The notes below the pieces were generated by a model that saw only the letters and a list, made by a program, of their open reading frames with translations, ran no database searches and was not told the DNA's origin. Shown in pieces: positions 23,773 to 38,900 of a stretch of 64,000 nucleotides of DNA. Position 1 is the first letter of the stretch; each line of letters opens with the position of its first letter. The position numbers were made by a program, and so were the translations under genes. Source of the DNA: Cirrosporium novae-zelandiae (Eukaryota); the NCBI GenBank assembly GCA_026023565.1, contig JAPETS010000029.1, forward strand, positions 310,001-374,000, read 5' to 3'.

Positions 23773-26431
23773 ATGTCTCTACTTCAAAATGAAGAGTAAG
23801 CTCCGCCTCCTTGTTTGCATCTCGTCGCCGAATTGGTCTGACATTTAATGATTTCAAGTATTGCTTTCCACTCATTCCTACCATCTCATTCCGTGATTCT
23901 TATACATGGCCCTTGTTTTTTATGCCATGTTCTTTCACTTTTAATATTGTAATATAACTAACCAGGAACTCAAGCTTTGTGATATGGCAGCTCCGAACTT
24001 CATACCTGACTAATATCAAGGATGGTGTCGGAGAGCGCCTCATAAATGTCAACCCTGGATTTCTCAACACTCCCGGTTTCCGACTTGCGGGCTGGTCTGC
24101 AACTGCGGGAGAGAGCAAGAGGACATATTCGCCTCCAATACCCACTACTATCAATTCTGATTACTTTCAGGCTCCACCTCGTTCGGCTGGTCTGCCATCT
24201 TTAGATGATGAGGATGAAGGGGGCATCATTACTGGTGGTGGAAATGATACGATAGGACCGAGCCTAGCTACTAAACGAAGAAAGCGACGGGAACTCGAAG
24301 ACGAAGATAGTAGCGATTTAAGCGATGATAGCGATGACGATGCGGAGGGCACCCACAGGTAGGTTGTATCTTCTATTTTGAGTGGAAAATTATTGATGAT
24401 TACAGAGCCACGGTGCAGATCAAATTTTCTAAGATGCCTGTTCGGATAAGATCTGGATCTTCGCCAATCCGATCAGCTACTGACAACGGTCCTGAACTAC
24501 TGGTCACATCACCATCTCGGCGTTCAACAGATGGGCGTTTGCGAAGAGGTTCTCTTGGGGCTGTTGAAGTTGTGAAAGCTCGTGCAAGAAGAGATACAGC
24601 TACTACAACCACTAGTAGCGAGCTGTCTTCGGAAAATGAATTAGACCCTTCTCTTTTCAAGCGCCGCCAAATCTCAAAGGCCTCAATTCATAGCGTCACT
24701 ATTCAAGAAGATGATGCTGAATATGCGGGAATTGGCCAGGCTATAGGATCACGGGATGGTCAGGACTCTGGCGATGAATCTGATGGCACAACACTATCCT
24801 CTGAATTCCCCGAGACTGCAGAATCAGCGTCTCTACTTGATCATGTGGCGAATCCTCTGAGCTCTTCCCCTCTTGTCGTATCTATGCCTCCTCCCATAAC
24901 ACCACATAACACGTCGCCGAAGAAGAGCAGACCAGGCCCTCAGGTTCTTCAAGCACTCCCGCCAGGTCGGCCAATTAGTATGGTCAATCCAGTCAGTCTT
25001 CTAACTCAACAGATCATGGCAACAAGAAGCAAACCAGAAAATCCAATCGCTTGTTTTGCCATTTTGTCAGGGAAAGGAACTCCGGATGCACTAAACATTA
25101 AGATTTATGCACCTTTCTCAGGGGATCCGGAAAATCCTTTCGAGATGCCTATTCTTAGGTATTCTAATGACAGTGATCAACTTGAACAAGTCAAGACGAG
25201 TGTAGCGGATGCGATAGGTCTCAGCTTATGGAGATACATAGAAGAAGATAGGGATCCCCCAATTCCTTCGGAGAAGCTAAACGTCAATCGTTGGACATTA
25301 CGAATGGTTGAAGATGGAGAAGTAGACTACGATTTCCCACCCTTGCAAAGAACGCAGCCGATAGTCGATTTTACTTCCAACAACAATCGCGGCGCAAGAG
25401 GCCGATCAAGGGAAAAGCCATTTGACGAGTTCGCTCTCGTTGAAGCAAACGATAGACAGTTTGAAGAGAACGAGAAGCTCACGCCGAAGTATAGTCAACC
25501 AACAACTGATGAAACAGCAACGACTCCTACTCTTGGAGAACCTGCCGTCAGTATTCCAAACGAAGTCCCAACCCAGAGTGAAATGGCAACGTTTAATCCT
25601 GTTCTTGGCGGCCCCTTCACGGCTGCAGCCTCTCAGCGAGACATTACAGCTGCAGCTGACAGACCTGTCTTAATGCCCTCGGCAACTCCTCGGATTGGGA
25701 TGGCTAAGATTGTACGCGTCCGTTATATTTCCCTCGACGGAACTACACAAACTACCTCCCTCGATGTTACAACAGATACTTACATTGGTGAGATTCTGGA
25801 TAGTGTGTGCAAGAAATGGAGCCTGGATAAAGCGCAGTATGTACTAAAGGTTAGCGGTACCAGTACTGTTGCTCCATCAGATCGTACTGTGGAGGCAATT
25901 GGTGAACGTTCCGACTTGAGTCTGGTTCGCCGTAAATTTGGCGGGAATGGTGTGCTCAGCCTCACCGGTTCTCCTGGCAGCGCTTCACCCAATACCCCTT
26001 TGGCACTTACAATGGATGCTCCAAAAAAGATGAAGAGGGGCCAAATGCTCCACCCTTTGGCTCAGACATCGGAATTCTACAATTCTGCGGCATACTACAA
26101 GAAATACAATGTTATACGAAAGCAACCAATGTCCTTCACACCATCGCACCAGAGAACAATTGCCTTTGATGGGGAATATATGCACATCATGCCGGCTGAG
26201 ACAGGCAAGACGTTATTCGATCAAGGAGGCAAGACAACTACGATACCATTTAGTAGCGTGGTCGGTTGTAAGATCAGTAGGCGACATCCTAAAGTTTTCA
26301 CTGTGTTTGTATTCAAAGAAACCGAGACGAAACGATATGATTTTGAAGCGGAGAATTCCACCATCGCGGGTGAGATTATCGAGGAAGTCAAGAAAGGAAT
26401 GAAACCATTCCAACAGGGTGGAGGTTCTTGA
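23773..26431 (+). CDS. SIN1: TORC2 subunit Sin1/Avo1
   Basis: MSLLQNE|...FVIWQLRTSYL N-terminus, CRIM domain (DAIGLSLWRY, WTLRMVEDGEVDYDFPPL), ubiquitin-like RBD and C-terminal PH (KRYDFEA). Introns at ~23796-23965/23974 and ~24359-24405. Confidence 0.92.
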
Positions 26432-27529
26432 AGACCATAGGAAATTTGCTTGGGGTACCGATATGGAGTACAGAAGGTTGACATGGCAATGGGAGGCTGG
26501 CGCTCAGTGGTAGTACGGTGTTGGGCAGAAATATACCTGATATCCAAGTATCAAGGCTTGAAGCTACGTCTTTGTATAGAGTATGTGTTAGCATATCCGT
26601 GCATTTAATTTCCGTGATGATCCCAAGTAGCATTGGATAATGGAGCACGAAGGCGCTGCAAACGGTTCTTTGTTGCAGTTACTTAGCTAACTTAAATCAG
26701 CCTTTTCGCTTGGGATAATAGTCGGAAAACCTCATGGTTATCAAAGGTCAAAGGTTATTAGATTCTACATTATCCGTGAGGTATTTAAATTATTAAGTGA
26801 CCGGAAGTATATGGAATAATGCACAGTTAATTGTTAGTAGAGTACAAATAGTTTCTATTGTTGTTATTTTTTTTTCTGGTGGTTGAGAAGAAGACACCAG
26901 AGGGACCCCATCAAGCTTCGGGCGTTGGAATCATTCATCATCGACAGGGATGTGGCAGTAGCAAGAAAGGCAACTCATCAACCCCCATCAACCCCTCCTT
27001 GCGGTCTGCCATAGCCTAACTTTCAACTTTGAGCTTCGACATCCGGTCGATCTCTCCTCGACTTCCTTAACATCAGCCTCTTGCCTTAACCCCCCAATAA
27101 CCTCCTCTTAACTCGAATCAATCAATCCTATTGTCGAGGTCGTCAATTCGAGTTCCGTTCCCTACAAGACTTGCTCCCCGTTGCGTGATCAAGAACCAGA
27201 TCTTGAAAGCTCCCAAATCCTACGTACCTTACTATAACCACGATTGAAATCCTAGTTTTAGCCTCAATTGCTATTTCGAACCTGGGTATACCTACACCAA
27301 CCACCATTCAAATTGTTCGTCTGCATAACCGGAATATCTGGATTTATAATTGCTATCGGTTGAGTGCGTTGCTGTCATACCTGTCTGGACCGTCCTGAGC
27401 CGTTGGCTGTCTGTTAGTGGTGGAGGCTGTTGTTGATATTGGCATTCACTGCAGTTGTCAAGACAATTTGTCACTGACAATTGTCTCGAATCCGTGCTCT
27501 ATAGGAGCTTCGTCAACTGCCCACTTGTT

Positions 27530-29061
27530 ATGCCGTCTCTTTCATTCCTCAAAAAGAAACGGACCAAGGACTCGGTGAGTTCTTCAAAGGAGCTGGGTTC
27601 TCCAACTTCGCCAAGCGACACCAATTCACCCATCACACCCACCATATCTCGTGCAACAGATTCAACTCAATCTACGTCAACTCAGAAAACCTCCCTTGAG
27701 AACTCACAAACCATTCCAACTACCACTAGCGCAGGAGGTCCGATGAATAGCCAGTCTCCACAATCCATGCCCTCTCCCCAATCCTACAACCACCAAAATG
27801 CTACTCGGATCAGTAATATTATAAACCCCCCATCTGATAACTCCGGAATGACGAACCAAATGAACCAAATAGACGGTGGCAAAGTGGTGGTAGCTCCCAA
27901 TGCAGCCTCAAAAGAGGTCGTTCCAAGGCAAACGAAAGGCAGATACTCATTGTCGGACTTTGCAATTCAGCGGACACTTGGAACGGGCAGTTTTGGAAGG
28001 GTTCATTTAGTACAGTCAAAACATAATCAGAGATATTATGCGATAAAAGTCCTGAAGAAAGCGCAAGTGGTTAAAATGAAGCAGGTGGAACATACAAACG
28101 ATGAAAGGAAGATGCTTGCGAGAGTGAAGCATCCATTCCTAGTAACTCTATGGGGAACGTTTCAAGATTCTAAGAATTTGTATATGGTTATGGATTTTAT
28201 TGAAGGAGGAGAATTATTTAGTCTCCTAAGAAAATCTCAGGTATGGCCCAGCGGACAGCACTTAAACATATACCCCAGAACTAATACCATACCAGAGGTT
28301 CCCAAACCCCGTAGCCAAATTCTACGCCGCAGAAGTCACCCTTGCTCTTGACTACCTTCATTCCATGCATATCATTTACCGGGATCTCAAGCCCGAAAAC
28401 CTGCTCCTAGACCGACACGGGCATTTGAAAATCACCGATTTTGGTTTTGCTAAAGACGTTCCCGATATTACCTGGACTCTTTGCGGTACACCAGATTATC
28501 TTGCCCCAGAAGTTGTAGCCTCGAAGGGGTATAATAAATCCGTTGATTGGTCCGTTCTTCGAACTTCTTTGCATTATTTTGACTAACAGCTCTTCAGGTG
28601 GTCCCTTGGTATCCTCATATTTGAAATGCTCTGTGGTTTTACTCCATTCTGGGACTCCGGATCACCTGTTAAAATCTATGAAAACATTCTAAAAGGCCGT
28701 GTGAAATATCCACCCTACATCCATCCAGACGCACAAGATCTTCTCCAACAATTAATCACTCCGGATTTGACCAAACGTCTTGGCAATCTTCATGGTGGAT
28801 CCAAGGACGTTATGCAGCATCCTTGGTTTCAGGAAGTGACGTGGGACAGACTTGCAAAGAAGGACATTGATGCACCATATCAACCGCCAGTGCGGCCAGG
28901 CACAGGTGATGCAAGTCAATTTGATAAATATCCAGAAGAGACAGAGGAGTATGGGGCTATGGGTGATGATCCGTAAGCTTCCATAGATATTGATTTATTA
29001 TTAATGCTCTGGTTCTCCGCTAACATTACATAGGCACGGCCACCTTTTCGAAGACTTTTGA
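27530..29061 (+). CDS. pkaC1: cAMP-dependent protein kinase catalytic subunit
   Basis: [47 protein letters not shown] and the C-terminal FxxF (LFEDF*). Introns start at ~28241, ~28550 and ~28973. Confidence 0.97.
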
Positions 29062-31041
29062 GCTTGTGTCCTACGATTTGGCTTGGTTGTGGTCACTAAA
29101 TAAACTCTCCCTTTGAGACGAGCATAGAACAATTCTACGTAATAGCAGTGCCACACATATGAAGGCATCCTCAGCAAATACACGCTTGGATGAGATATGA
29201 TTTGGACAGCCACTGGTCTGTCATTGGTGAAGTATGATCCACAAGTTTTGTGGCTAGTTCACTTGGTCGTACATATTGCTTCTATGAAGGGGGGACGTAA
29301 GTGCACTTTTGCTTCTTTTCGATTTGATTTTGACCAGCGAGTTGACCCTTTTTGTTTGCATGGACGGAAAATAGGGTGACGGATATCGGATTTGGATTAT
29401 TTTTACTTGCTTTTCGAAGGAGTTCTTGGGTTTGAGATTTGGGAGGTCTTTGAAAGGAGACGAAGAGATGCGGCAAGAGCAATTATTGCGTGCACTGCGG
29501 ACCCCTTGGTTGGGAGCTGGTGGAAACACGGGGATGTTTCTTGGTTGACTCGATATGGGACCTTGAGACTCAGACATATCAGTCATGCTTACGTGGGACT
29601 CCTAGAGATCTTTGCGTCACTCATCTATCTCTAGATAACATTATTTTCTACCGTACGACAATGTCTAGATGAATTATTCTTACCGTACATATCAAGAAGT
29701 CAGGAAACGTATCGAGATATAACAATTAATTCTATAATACAGGAGTCTGTATTCCGGACAGCATACCGTGATATTAAGTTCATCGTACAGCCTACCGGTA
29801 TATCAGCGGTCTTTTCGCCATAGCACCGTTAACTAGTATGTATCTCTTCAGACATATGCTCCATGGCTTCTATGATGAACGGACGCAAAATTCTTCCCAG
29901 CTTTAGATCACAGGTATCAACAAGGGCGTCCATACATCAATGTCCCCCTATGTTCTTCCCTTTTTCTCAAATTCCTTTAGAAACAGGATAGTGTCTTCCT
30001 TTCCCTCCTCAGGTGCATCTTACGGCCTGAAGTTGGCAATATCTTGTTGCATCCTCGTCCTAAATTGCATTCCAACCACATTAAATGCTTGCATATATTT
30101 CCCCATGCACATAGTGTAGCAAGAAGTCTCCTTGTTAGATAACGAGGATCCTGGGGTGGGGACACAATTCTCAAAGCAATGGCTCTTAATGTTCTGGAAA
30201 TGATATTAGTCCAAAGTGGCCTTGACGGGCAAGGCGGCACGGAACTAGGAATGGATATTAAGGGGGTGGGTGTACCTCGACTAAGTCCCTCCCGTTGTTC
30301 ATGATATTCTCAGACTTGACAGTTTGCATGACGGCATTTTTTATCTCGGTGCTTGATGAGTTGGGTGTAAGGGTGCTCATGGGGTCCATTGTGAAGGTGA
30401 ATGGATAGAGGTTGATAGGTTCTTATCGACGCGAGATGATTGGAGCAGGTGTTCTGTGGAGAAGGTGTAGATTGGTAAAGGTAATAATTAGTCCTAATTA
30501 TTCTCAAATGTAGTTTAACATATCAACGGAAAGATTTCACCAAAGCGGAGGATTCGGGGAAGGAGCAACAAGCTAAAACCACAGGGACTATTAACCACAG
30601 CCACAGCTGAATGATGGGGCTCTTTCAACCCCCCCGAAAAACTGCACCGCCACAACCTTACTGGCACCTACAAGGAGTCCTAACAAGGAACTCCTCAATT
30701 GGCCAGGTATCATCATCTTCAACTTCTCTTCTTCCCACCACACTCTCTCCCTCACCCACTTTACTCTCTCACGAGTAACTATTTACTTTGGTTATTTCCC
30801 ATCTACTGCTGATGCCAGTGGCATACAGTATCGTAGTATAGCGGAAATTCAATTCGATTCTTCATCTGTCGCTCCCTACTTAATCTCCTCTTGAGAACGA
30901 TTTACATACCTGCTTTCTTCTGGCTTTTCTTTTTTTCTTTCGGGATATTTTTGTCGACAGTCCATAGGTTTCACCAGAGAACACCTTATACGATATTGTG
31001 ATTAAGGATTTTTGAGAAATAATTATTGCAGAGCAGACAAT

Positions 31042-32402
31042 ATGCTGGTTACACAATTCGTGGAACAGCTGTTCTGCCTTTTGGCATGGGCACTCCTGGT
31101 TATTGCGGCGGAAGGCGATCCAGAATATAAAAGTGTTCCTGTGAGTTCATTGTCTCTGCGATTCCAGGGGTTCATGTTCAGGAAGAAGAAATGTGCTAAC
31201 TTAATAATTTTGTATAGTTGCGGACCCATAGTTTAGAAGCTGTCAGTACTATTTCCCCACCCGCGACTAAGTGCATTGTTTAAATCATCATTGGAAGCAT
31301 TGGTAAAAATAAAAGGATATGCCGCTGACGATATGACGGTTACTATATTTAGCCTTACCTAGACTCTGACATGCAAAGTCGATGGTTTGATTTCGGTGGT
31401 GATACTATCATTCGCGCAGATCAGTCAGTCCTTCCTTTTTTCCCATATACAGGCTTTAATCCCCTAACTCGGTGTTCATAGATACATTCGTCTCACCTCG
31501 GATCGTCCTTCCCAGCAAGGATGGCTCTTTTCTCGCGTTCCCATAACCGCATCGAACTGGGAGGTACATCTTCTTCTCCGCCCTCTCTCCTAATATAAGC
31601 GCTAACCTTTCCCCCGCAGATTGAATTTGAATTCAAAATTCACGGCGCTGGCAATCTCCATGGGGATGGTTTTGCCATGTGGCTCACAAAGCAACGCGCA
31701 GTTCAAGGCCCTGTATTCGGCTCAGTCGATAAATTCGAGGGCCTTGGTATATTTTTCGACACGTATAAGAATAATCGACCTGGCACTGTATTTCCTTATG
31801 TTATGGCTATGCTTGGAGACGGACAGACGGCTTATGATCAAGCGCATGACGGAAAGGCTAATGAACTTGCTGGGTGTTCTGTAAGGCTCATACTGCTTGA
31901 AAAAAATTATGGGTGAAAGGTCAATAACAAGGTGTTTCTGTGCTAATGACCATAATTCCAGGCCCGCGGCCTCCGCACCGCCTCCATTCCCACCCGTGCG
32001 CGCCTAACCTACTACCAAGACAAATCCCTCACCCTTAGTCTCCAGTATAAAAAACCCGACGAGTGGATTGAATGCTTCTCCCTCGGCCCCGTCGCTATCC
32101 CATCGGTCTCCTACCTCGGCTTCAGCGCTGAAACCGGCGAACTCTCCGACAGCCACGACATCGTTTCTATACAAGCGCGAAACCTGTATCAAACCGGAGA
32201 GAGGACAAGACGTCGCAAAGACGACAAGGACAAGGGATTTGCGAGGAAGTATGATGATGTGAGGAAGAAGGGAGGCAGAAAGAGTAAGGGTGGATGGGGC
32301 TGGTTCTTCCTCAAGGGTATACTAGGCATGGCTGTATTGGGTGGGGGCTACGTTGGATGGACGACGTATAGGGCTAATAAGAGGCATTCGAGATGGGATT
32401 AA
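31042..32402 (+). CDS. L-type lectin cargo receptor (VIP36/ERGIC-53/Emp47 family), type I membrane protein
   Basis: Signal peptide, WFDFGGDTIIR, YIRLTSDRPSQQGWLFSRVP, HGDGFAMW, GLGIFFDTYKN, YLGFSAETGELSDSHDI, a TM helix and a short basic tail. Five introns. Confidence 0.92.
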
Positions 32403-35400
32403 AAGGGGTTTGTGTTTTTGTTTGTGGAAGCAAGACTAAGCCATTACCCTCATCAATACCATTACCGACCTCTAATAAGGAAGTGGGAAGTAAAAGATAA
32501 GACAAACGGCGGAGTTGTAAGTGAAAAAAAACCATAACGTGCGCGTGGAGGTGGAGGTGCCGATGGCGCGAGGGAGTTAGTGCTTTCGTGTGTTACTGTG
32601 TACTCATGAGATACCTACTATCTATCTATCCATCTATTCCAATGGGTCTAGTTCTATTATAGGTTTTCCCTCTCTGTGTCTCTCTTTATCTCTCCAGTGT
32701 TATTCTTTGTATTCGAAATTGTTTTATTTATCAAAAAATCTGCTAAATCTATACTAACAAATCCCAAATCCAATCAAATGAGGGGATGAGGAAAACCCCC
32801 CATTTTGTTTAACCCTTTTGGATGGAAGACCTATCTACGTGGCTACACCTACTTGCTTACGGATTGCACTGATGAGGCTGAAATGTATTTGTATTACTTT
32901 GGTGGATTTTTCCATGACTATATTATTGAAAGTTGCTTAGTTCTTGTGCTTCGGCTTGGATGGTTTTTTTTTGAAACGGATATAGTATATATAGTAACTA
33001 GGATTTGGCTTTCTGGGGGGTATTTTTTTCGTACTATGCTATACTCGTAAACGACGTTTTTTTTGGAGAGCATCGCCTGCCTCCTATCACGACTTATTCA
33101 AGTTACCAAAGGATGAGACTAGGTTATTGGGTGTGAGCTGAATATCCTAGCATTACATGCATGGCACCTATATAAAATACAGTATGTAACAACTCAACCG
33201 GATTAAAGATTTCGTATGTCGGTAAATCTATAGTTTAATGACGATTTTATTGCTTGTACTTTGTATATATATAAGAAATGGGTGTGCTTAGTCCCCCTCC
33301 AGAAAGAATCTGATTATGAGAAGGAAGGGTCCGCTTGGGAAAACGAATGAATGGTTTGTATGTATGTTATTTTTTGAACTTGGATAGGCTGCTTTTCTGG
33401 CCTTATTGGAGGATCAAGTAATCCGATTTCATTAGGCTATAGATATAGAAAACTAAAGGGGATTCTGGTTTGCTAGCATATCCTACTAACGAAAGATACA
33501 ATAACTTAGAATTAAGCATTTTTATATCCTTCAGCTATGTCATCTGTTTTCCCTAGGGTAATAAGTAGTCTATGGAGAGTAAGCTTTTAAATCAAAAGCG
33601 CCTGACGTCGCAAGGAAAATAGGTACCTACTTTAACCTACCTATTCCTCCCTCTCCATCTACCCATAAGCTTCGCTCTGAATTGACTTTTGCTGCCGATT
33701 GACCCTTAATCCTCTATCATCTCCAATATGCGATCCTTACTAACCTGGTTGAAGGACCTATCAAACATGTATTGCACCAGTTTACTTCCATCCAAGAAGC
33801 TATATCTATGGAGCCCTTCTGCACGGATGAAACAGAATTCCCCTCGCTGGGTCCATGGAATAAACAAAAATGAATATAAAGGAATACATTGGTCTAGCAT
33901 CCGGGTTGCGTATTACTTGATAGGCGCCAGTCGACCTTTCTGTATTCAGAGGACCCTGGGGCCATAGATTCCTGGTCCCCGGGAATGAATACGCTGAATG
34001 GCGGAATTTGGAATTCGGCATTTCATAGAAAAGGTAAAAGTCGGGCCACCAGCTTAGAACGAGCACTATAGCTTGGCGAGAAACATTGATGGAGTTATGA
34101 TTTTGAAGAGACGAAGATACTGTGAACCTGTGGACGGCCCGTACATAATAGTTGAATCATATGGAACAGCTAGAAGACTTAGTGCTAATAAAAAAAGCGA
34201 GCATATGCTTTCCAGCTCTTCAACTTCTCATCGACAAAGATAGCTGGAAACCTTGCTATCCAATCCAACGGTATTCCGCCAGTTTCTTTTAAAGATCCCG
34301 CTCATACCACTCTCGGAGTTGCAGAGAATGTCGCTATGAAGCTAGAACCTGAGAAGCGCTCGCACGAGACAGTGGGTTTCCGTAACTAGGAGAGAAGCCA
34401 TGTTGAGATCGTCTTGGAGTTTGAGTAGTTGGTCTGTGAGAATTTTTTTGTAGCAAAAGTCGATTGAGAAGTTGACATCTTCTAGTCTAATCACCTAGAT
34501 CAATACTTGATACCCCTCAAAATGGTTTAGGAAGTGGACGACGAGAGTCTTTTGATGTTAGTATTTGTAGGATACGGAATCAAGACTCCTTTGCCACATT
34601 TGAACCAAGATCCCTACAACACTTTCATCTCCACAGCATCCTTAGGCGGTTGAATCCTCATTCAATTATAGCAAACACAAAATGCTGTAGTTCTTCTCCA
34701 ATTTGAGAATTCGTCATTGCTCTCACGATTTGTTCAGGGTGCTCCCAAAATGGCAGAGAAACAAGGTGATGCAGCAATAATATTCTAAAGGGAAATGAGG
34801 GAATCGAGGTTCTCCATTACGCATATTTGGAGCTCACATAGAATATAATTTTCTAGGAATGAACGAACTGTAGTATCGGATGGCTTTTCGATCATGGAAG
34901 ACATAGCGTGCATCTATTTGGGACCTTGTAAATCTCTGCCTGGGAAATTGGGCGATAGACTTGGATTTGTGCTAGTGAAGAGACGCGCTAAACTAATAAT
35001 TCTAGATAAATAATACTACGTCCTCACGGCGACAATATATGGTGACCGATAAGTCGACGTTAAACCACCGAGACTCCAATTGCATGTAACAAAGATAAGT
35101 AATTTACCCCCAACTCTCATATTTGAAGGAGTCTTTCTTACTAGCTTTGAACTTGTGCTCGGTTCGTCACCATTTCTTGAGTCTTGATCTCTGAATTGGA
35201 AGATATCTATTCGTTGAAGGGTAGTGGAATCTCCAATTGGAAGAGAAACTAAACTAGCCGCATACAGAAATGATAAAGTGCTAGAACCAATAAGGACGTA
35301 GTATGGATCGGATGGGCATGTTTCCGTCCTCCGAGATATTAAAAAGGGACAGAAGATGTCGAAGAAATGGATATCTACATGTATGCTAAAGTCTCACATT

Positions 35401-35906
35401 AATACTTTGAACAAAGAATCCCTTTAAAGCATCTTAGCATTATTTTATTAAGGCTTTTATTGAGGTATTGATCAAAGCATTAGTTAAAGCTCCTACTACT
35501 AAACCCTTGCCTTTTTCTGAGCTTTAAATTGTGGTTGATCTCTAACTAATTTTCATTTCTTGGTGAGTCCCTATACTTGTACAGGATGGGATGGCTCATT
35601 GGCCATAAGAGCAAACGCATTCCCGCAGCTAGCATTACCTTGAGCCGTCAGGGAAGGCCACGAAGTCGGTACATTGCATAATGCTGTCATCTCATCTGCT
35701 GGTAACAGAGGTAATAGAAATAACTATAAAGAACTCACAACTTCATCAACTTAACCTCATCAACAAACATACTCCCATCAACGTACTCTCATCAACTCTT
35801 CTACAGTTCGAAGTCTTTCATATTTACAGCACTCAGGAGATCATATCCTACTAGCTGAACACTCTCTCATGACATATTTCATACTGTGTTTGAAGTGTCC
35901 GAAACC

Positions 35907-38900
35907 ATGTCTAGTTGCTCAAGTCTTTTTAGTCTTCTCTTCAACAAGAGTGATCCAACCTTCACTTTCTACAATGAAGTCATCAAAAGCATCATTGAGA
36001 ACCCTGAACAAATCTCCGCCCTGCTAAATGACGACATCAAGAATATCTCTCTCGTTCACATCACCACTCATATCGATCGCTTGATCCAGCTCTTCTACCT
36101 TTTCCACTCCCAATATGTTGCATCTGGTAAGACAGCTGCGCAGATTGTCCGCTTACTAATCCAACTCATACCCTTGATATATGAGCTTGTCGAAGAGGCC
36201 GCACTCCTCAAACTCCTAATATACGCTCTTCACATAGTACTACCATTCTCCCCCCTGACGTTGGGAAGATTAGCAACGGTGCTTGTAGACTGCGGGAACC
36301 TTCTCGAACAACTGACTTCTAATCCTTCTAGCAGTGAGCTTGTGAGGGACTGGATTTGCTCGTCTAAAAGCGCTGTGCGAGATGCCGCCACGCTAGAGAC
36401 ATGGACTCGGAGAATTATAGAGATGTCTGATTCCTGTACGAGTGATCATGGCATCGCGAAGGAGACACGGCAATGGGGTGCTTTGATTGTTCTCAAGAAG
36501 TCCCTCCTGGAGCTGGTACATATGCTCGCGCAACAGACCGAGGAATCCCAGCACCAGTCACCTAACAGCCACTTGCCGCCATTCGCTAGGATGAAACAAC
36601 TCACAGAAGACGACAAGAAAGCTTATCGCACATGGAGGCAGAAACCTACTGACCAACTCCCAGATTTGACGGATGACATGGTGGACTTGCTAAGTGCATT
36701 CAATCTGCCGGCCCCGGACTCAGGGCGAATGCTTCGATGTACAATCGAAAGACTAGAACATGAAAAGACTATTGCCATTTTAGGCGTTGTTATGGGGACA
36801 TTTCCGTGCAAATTTTGCAACGAAATGGCCCGTCATATGATCCGACCGACGAGAAATATAGACTCGACAACAGGCATTATCAGTGCAGAGACTACAAGGA
36901 AACTGGGATTGGATGTACTGGGCAAGCGAATGGGGGATTGGTCGGTGCTTCTGTCTACGCAGGCGCTCAAGAGCATGCAGGACCTAAGCCGCTCCGGTTC
37001 ATTTACCTCACTCTTACTCTTACTTTACTCAATGATGACTGACAAAGTTTATTTAGGCGCTTTTGGTTCTGTTCACAGAAAATTGGTCGACCTGGCATCC
37101 GGATGCTGGACCTGGGACCTTGTCGGGTCGGAGGCGCAGAGGAAATCCATAAGAGTTCCGCTTGCGAGGACAAGGTGTGGGAAAAAACTGTGGATACTAT
37201 GGCAAGTAGATGTGGGGTTTGATGGAGATGTGGGGATCGAGAAGCAAGTGGTAAAAGGTTTGTGGGTCCTTGACCCGATGGAAATTGATATAATTGCACT
37301 CTTTAACATTCACTTTCACAACAGTCTGGGACATCGGCATCTTCTCCGAGGTTTGTGTGCTCGTGGTTTTGTCATCTATTATTACTATTCCAAGCCTAAG
37401 CCCTTCCTAGATCTCGCAAGCCATCGATCGCGTTGCTATTATCCAAAAAAATTATTCGGCCGGCCTCATCCGCCAGTGCCGCCAACGTCCCCTCACAATC
37501 GCTGAGAAATTTGTCCCCACGCGGTTTCCTTCCTCCCCCGACTCTGTTGTGAAAGTTCTAAGGACCCCTGAACTGGATATTCGGGCTGTGGATAAGGATA
37601 CCATTGAGATGTCAAGTATGCTCGATCCTCCTCCTTCCTTTCTACGATTCCTATTGACACCCCTTAGATAAATTTTATGCTCTCACTGAACCAGTTATCC
37701 GCTCGGTTCTTGCCAATAACGTGACTGCCGAATTTCCCTTCGATCTCTCTGAGGACGAAGCTCGTGTGATTCAGCATTTCGAGACCGCTAGCCTGATCCT
37801 AGGTCGCAGCGGCACAGGGAAGACGACATGCTTAATATTCAAATTGGTCGGGAAGTATGCAGCTAGGAAGGCAGTGGTGGGTGAGAGAACTGTTAGGCAG
37901 GTAGGTCATCGCTCACGCTGCTTTTTGGGGGGGCTAGCTGTCTGATCAATTGACGGCACGGGACTAGGTTTTTCTCACGCGGTCGAGTTTTCTATCGTCT
38001 AAATTGAGAGCTTATACGAATAAATTGATTGAAAAATTGACATTTCAATCACTAAATCTGGAGCAGCTTCAAGCAGATGACGACCCATTTCTGAGTATAG
38101 GGGAGGATCACCTTAGTGAAGATACGGTGTTGACACTAAACGATGAATGCTTTCCCCTTGTCTGTACGTTTGACCAGTTTCTAAAAATTCTGGAGAATAC
38201 AGTGAGGTAAGTCTTTCCGTCACCTAGCGAATCTATCCTAGCCTTTACATGTCTTAGATAAACTAATATTAAATCTTGGTGATCGCAGAGTGATGAATAG
38301 GAAAGATTTTAGTAGTCCAACAGAAAAAACAGAAACAATCACCGAACACCTCCCTCCCTGCGCTGAATCAATTCTAAAAAAAAGCCAAGCAAAACATTCC
38401 CGGAAGCCCCAGCTCGTCGACTATTATGCTTTTAAGCTGGATTATTGGCCCCGATTACCCAGTAGGCTTACAAAAGATCTTCCTATCGAGCTCGTCTTCG
38501 CCGAGATTATAGGTATGATTAAAGGGTCCGCTTCTTCTAGGGCTTCCCTTATACCGCTCTGTCGTGAGGAGTACTTTGAGCGGAGCTGCCGGTTAGCGCC
38601 AGCATTTACACTGGCAAGCGACCGAGAACGCGTGTACGAGATTTTCGAGAAATATGAGGCGCTGAAGGCCAAATGGGGGGATGTAGATTTTGTGGATCGG
38701 GTAGTGAGGGTGTTACGGGCGATGAGAGAAGATCATGTTCTGAGACAACACTTGAGATCTACGTTTGATGAGGTTTATATTGATGGTTAGGGACGGAGTC
38801 ACGGAATAAGACCTGCTGCTGACGAACTGATAGAAGTGCAAGATCAAAGATGCCTGGATATTGAAATGCTCTTGAGCATCATTAAAGATCCCCGCGGTTT

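Noticed and set aside
37258..37505. Apparent stop ending a 539-aa standalone ORF (35886..37505)
   Set aside because: The tail is read-through of introns. Splicing joins it to the helicase exons.
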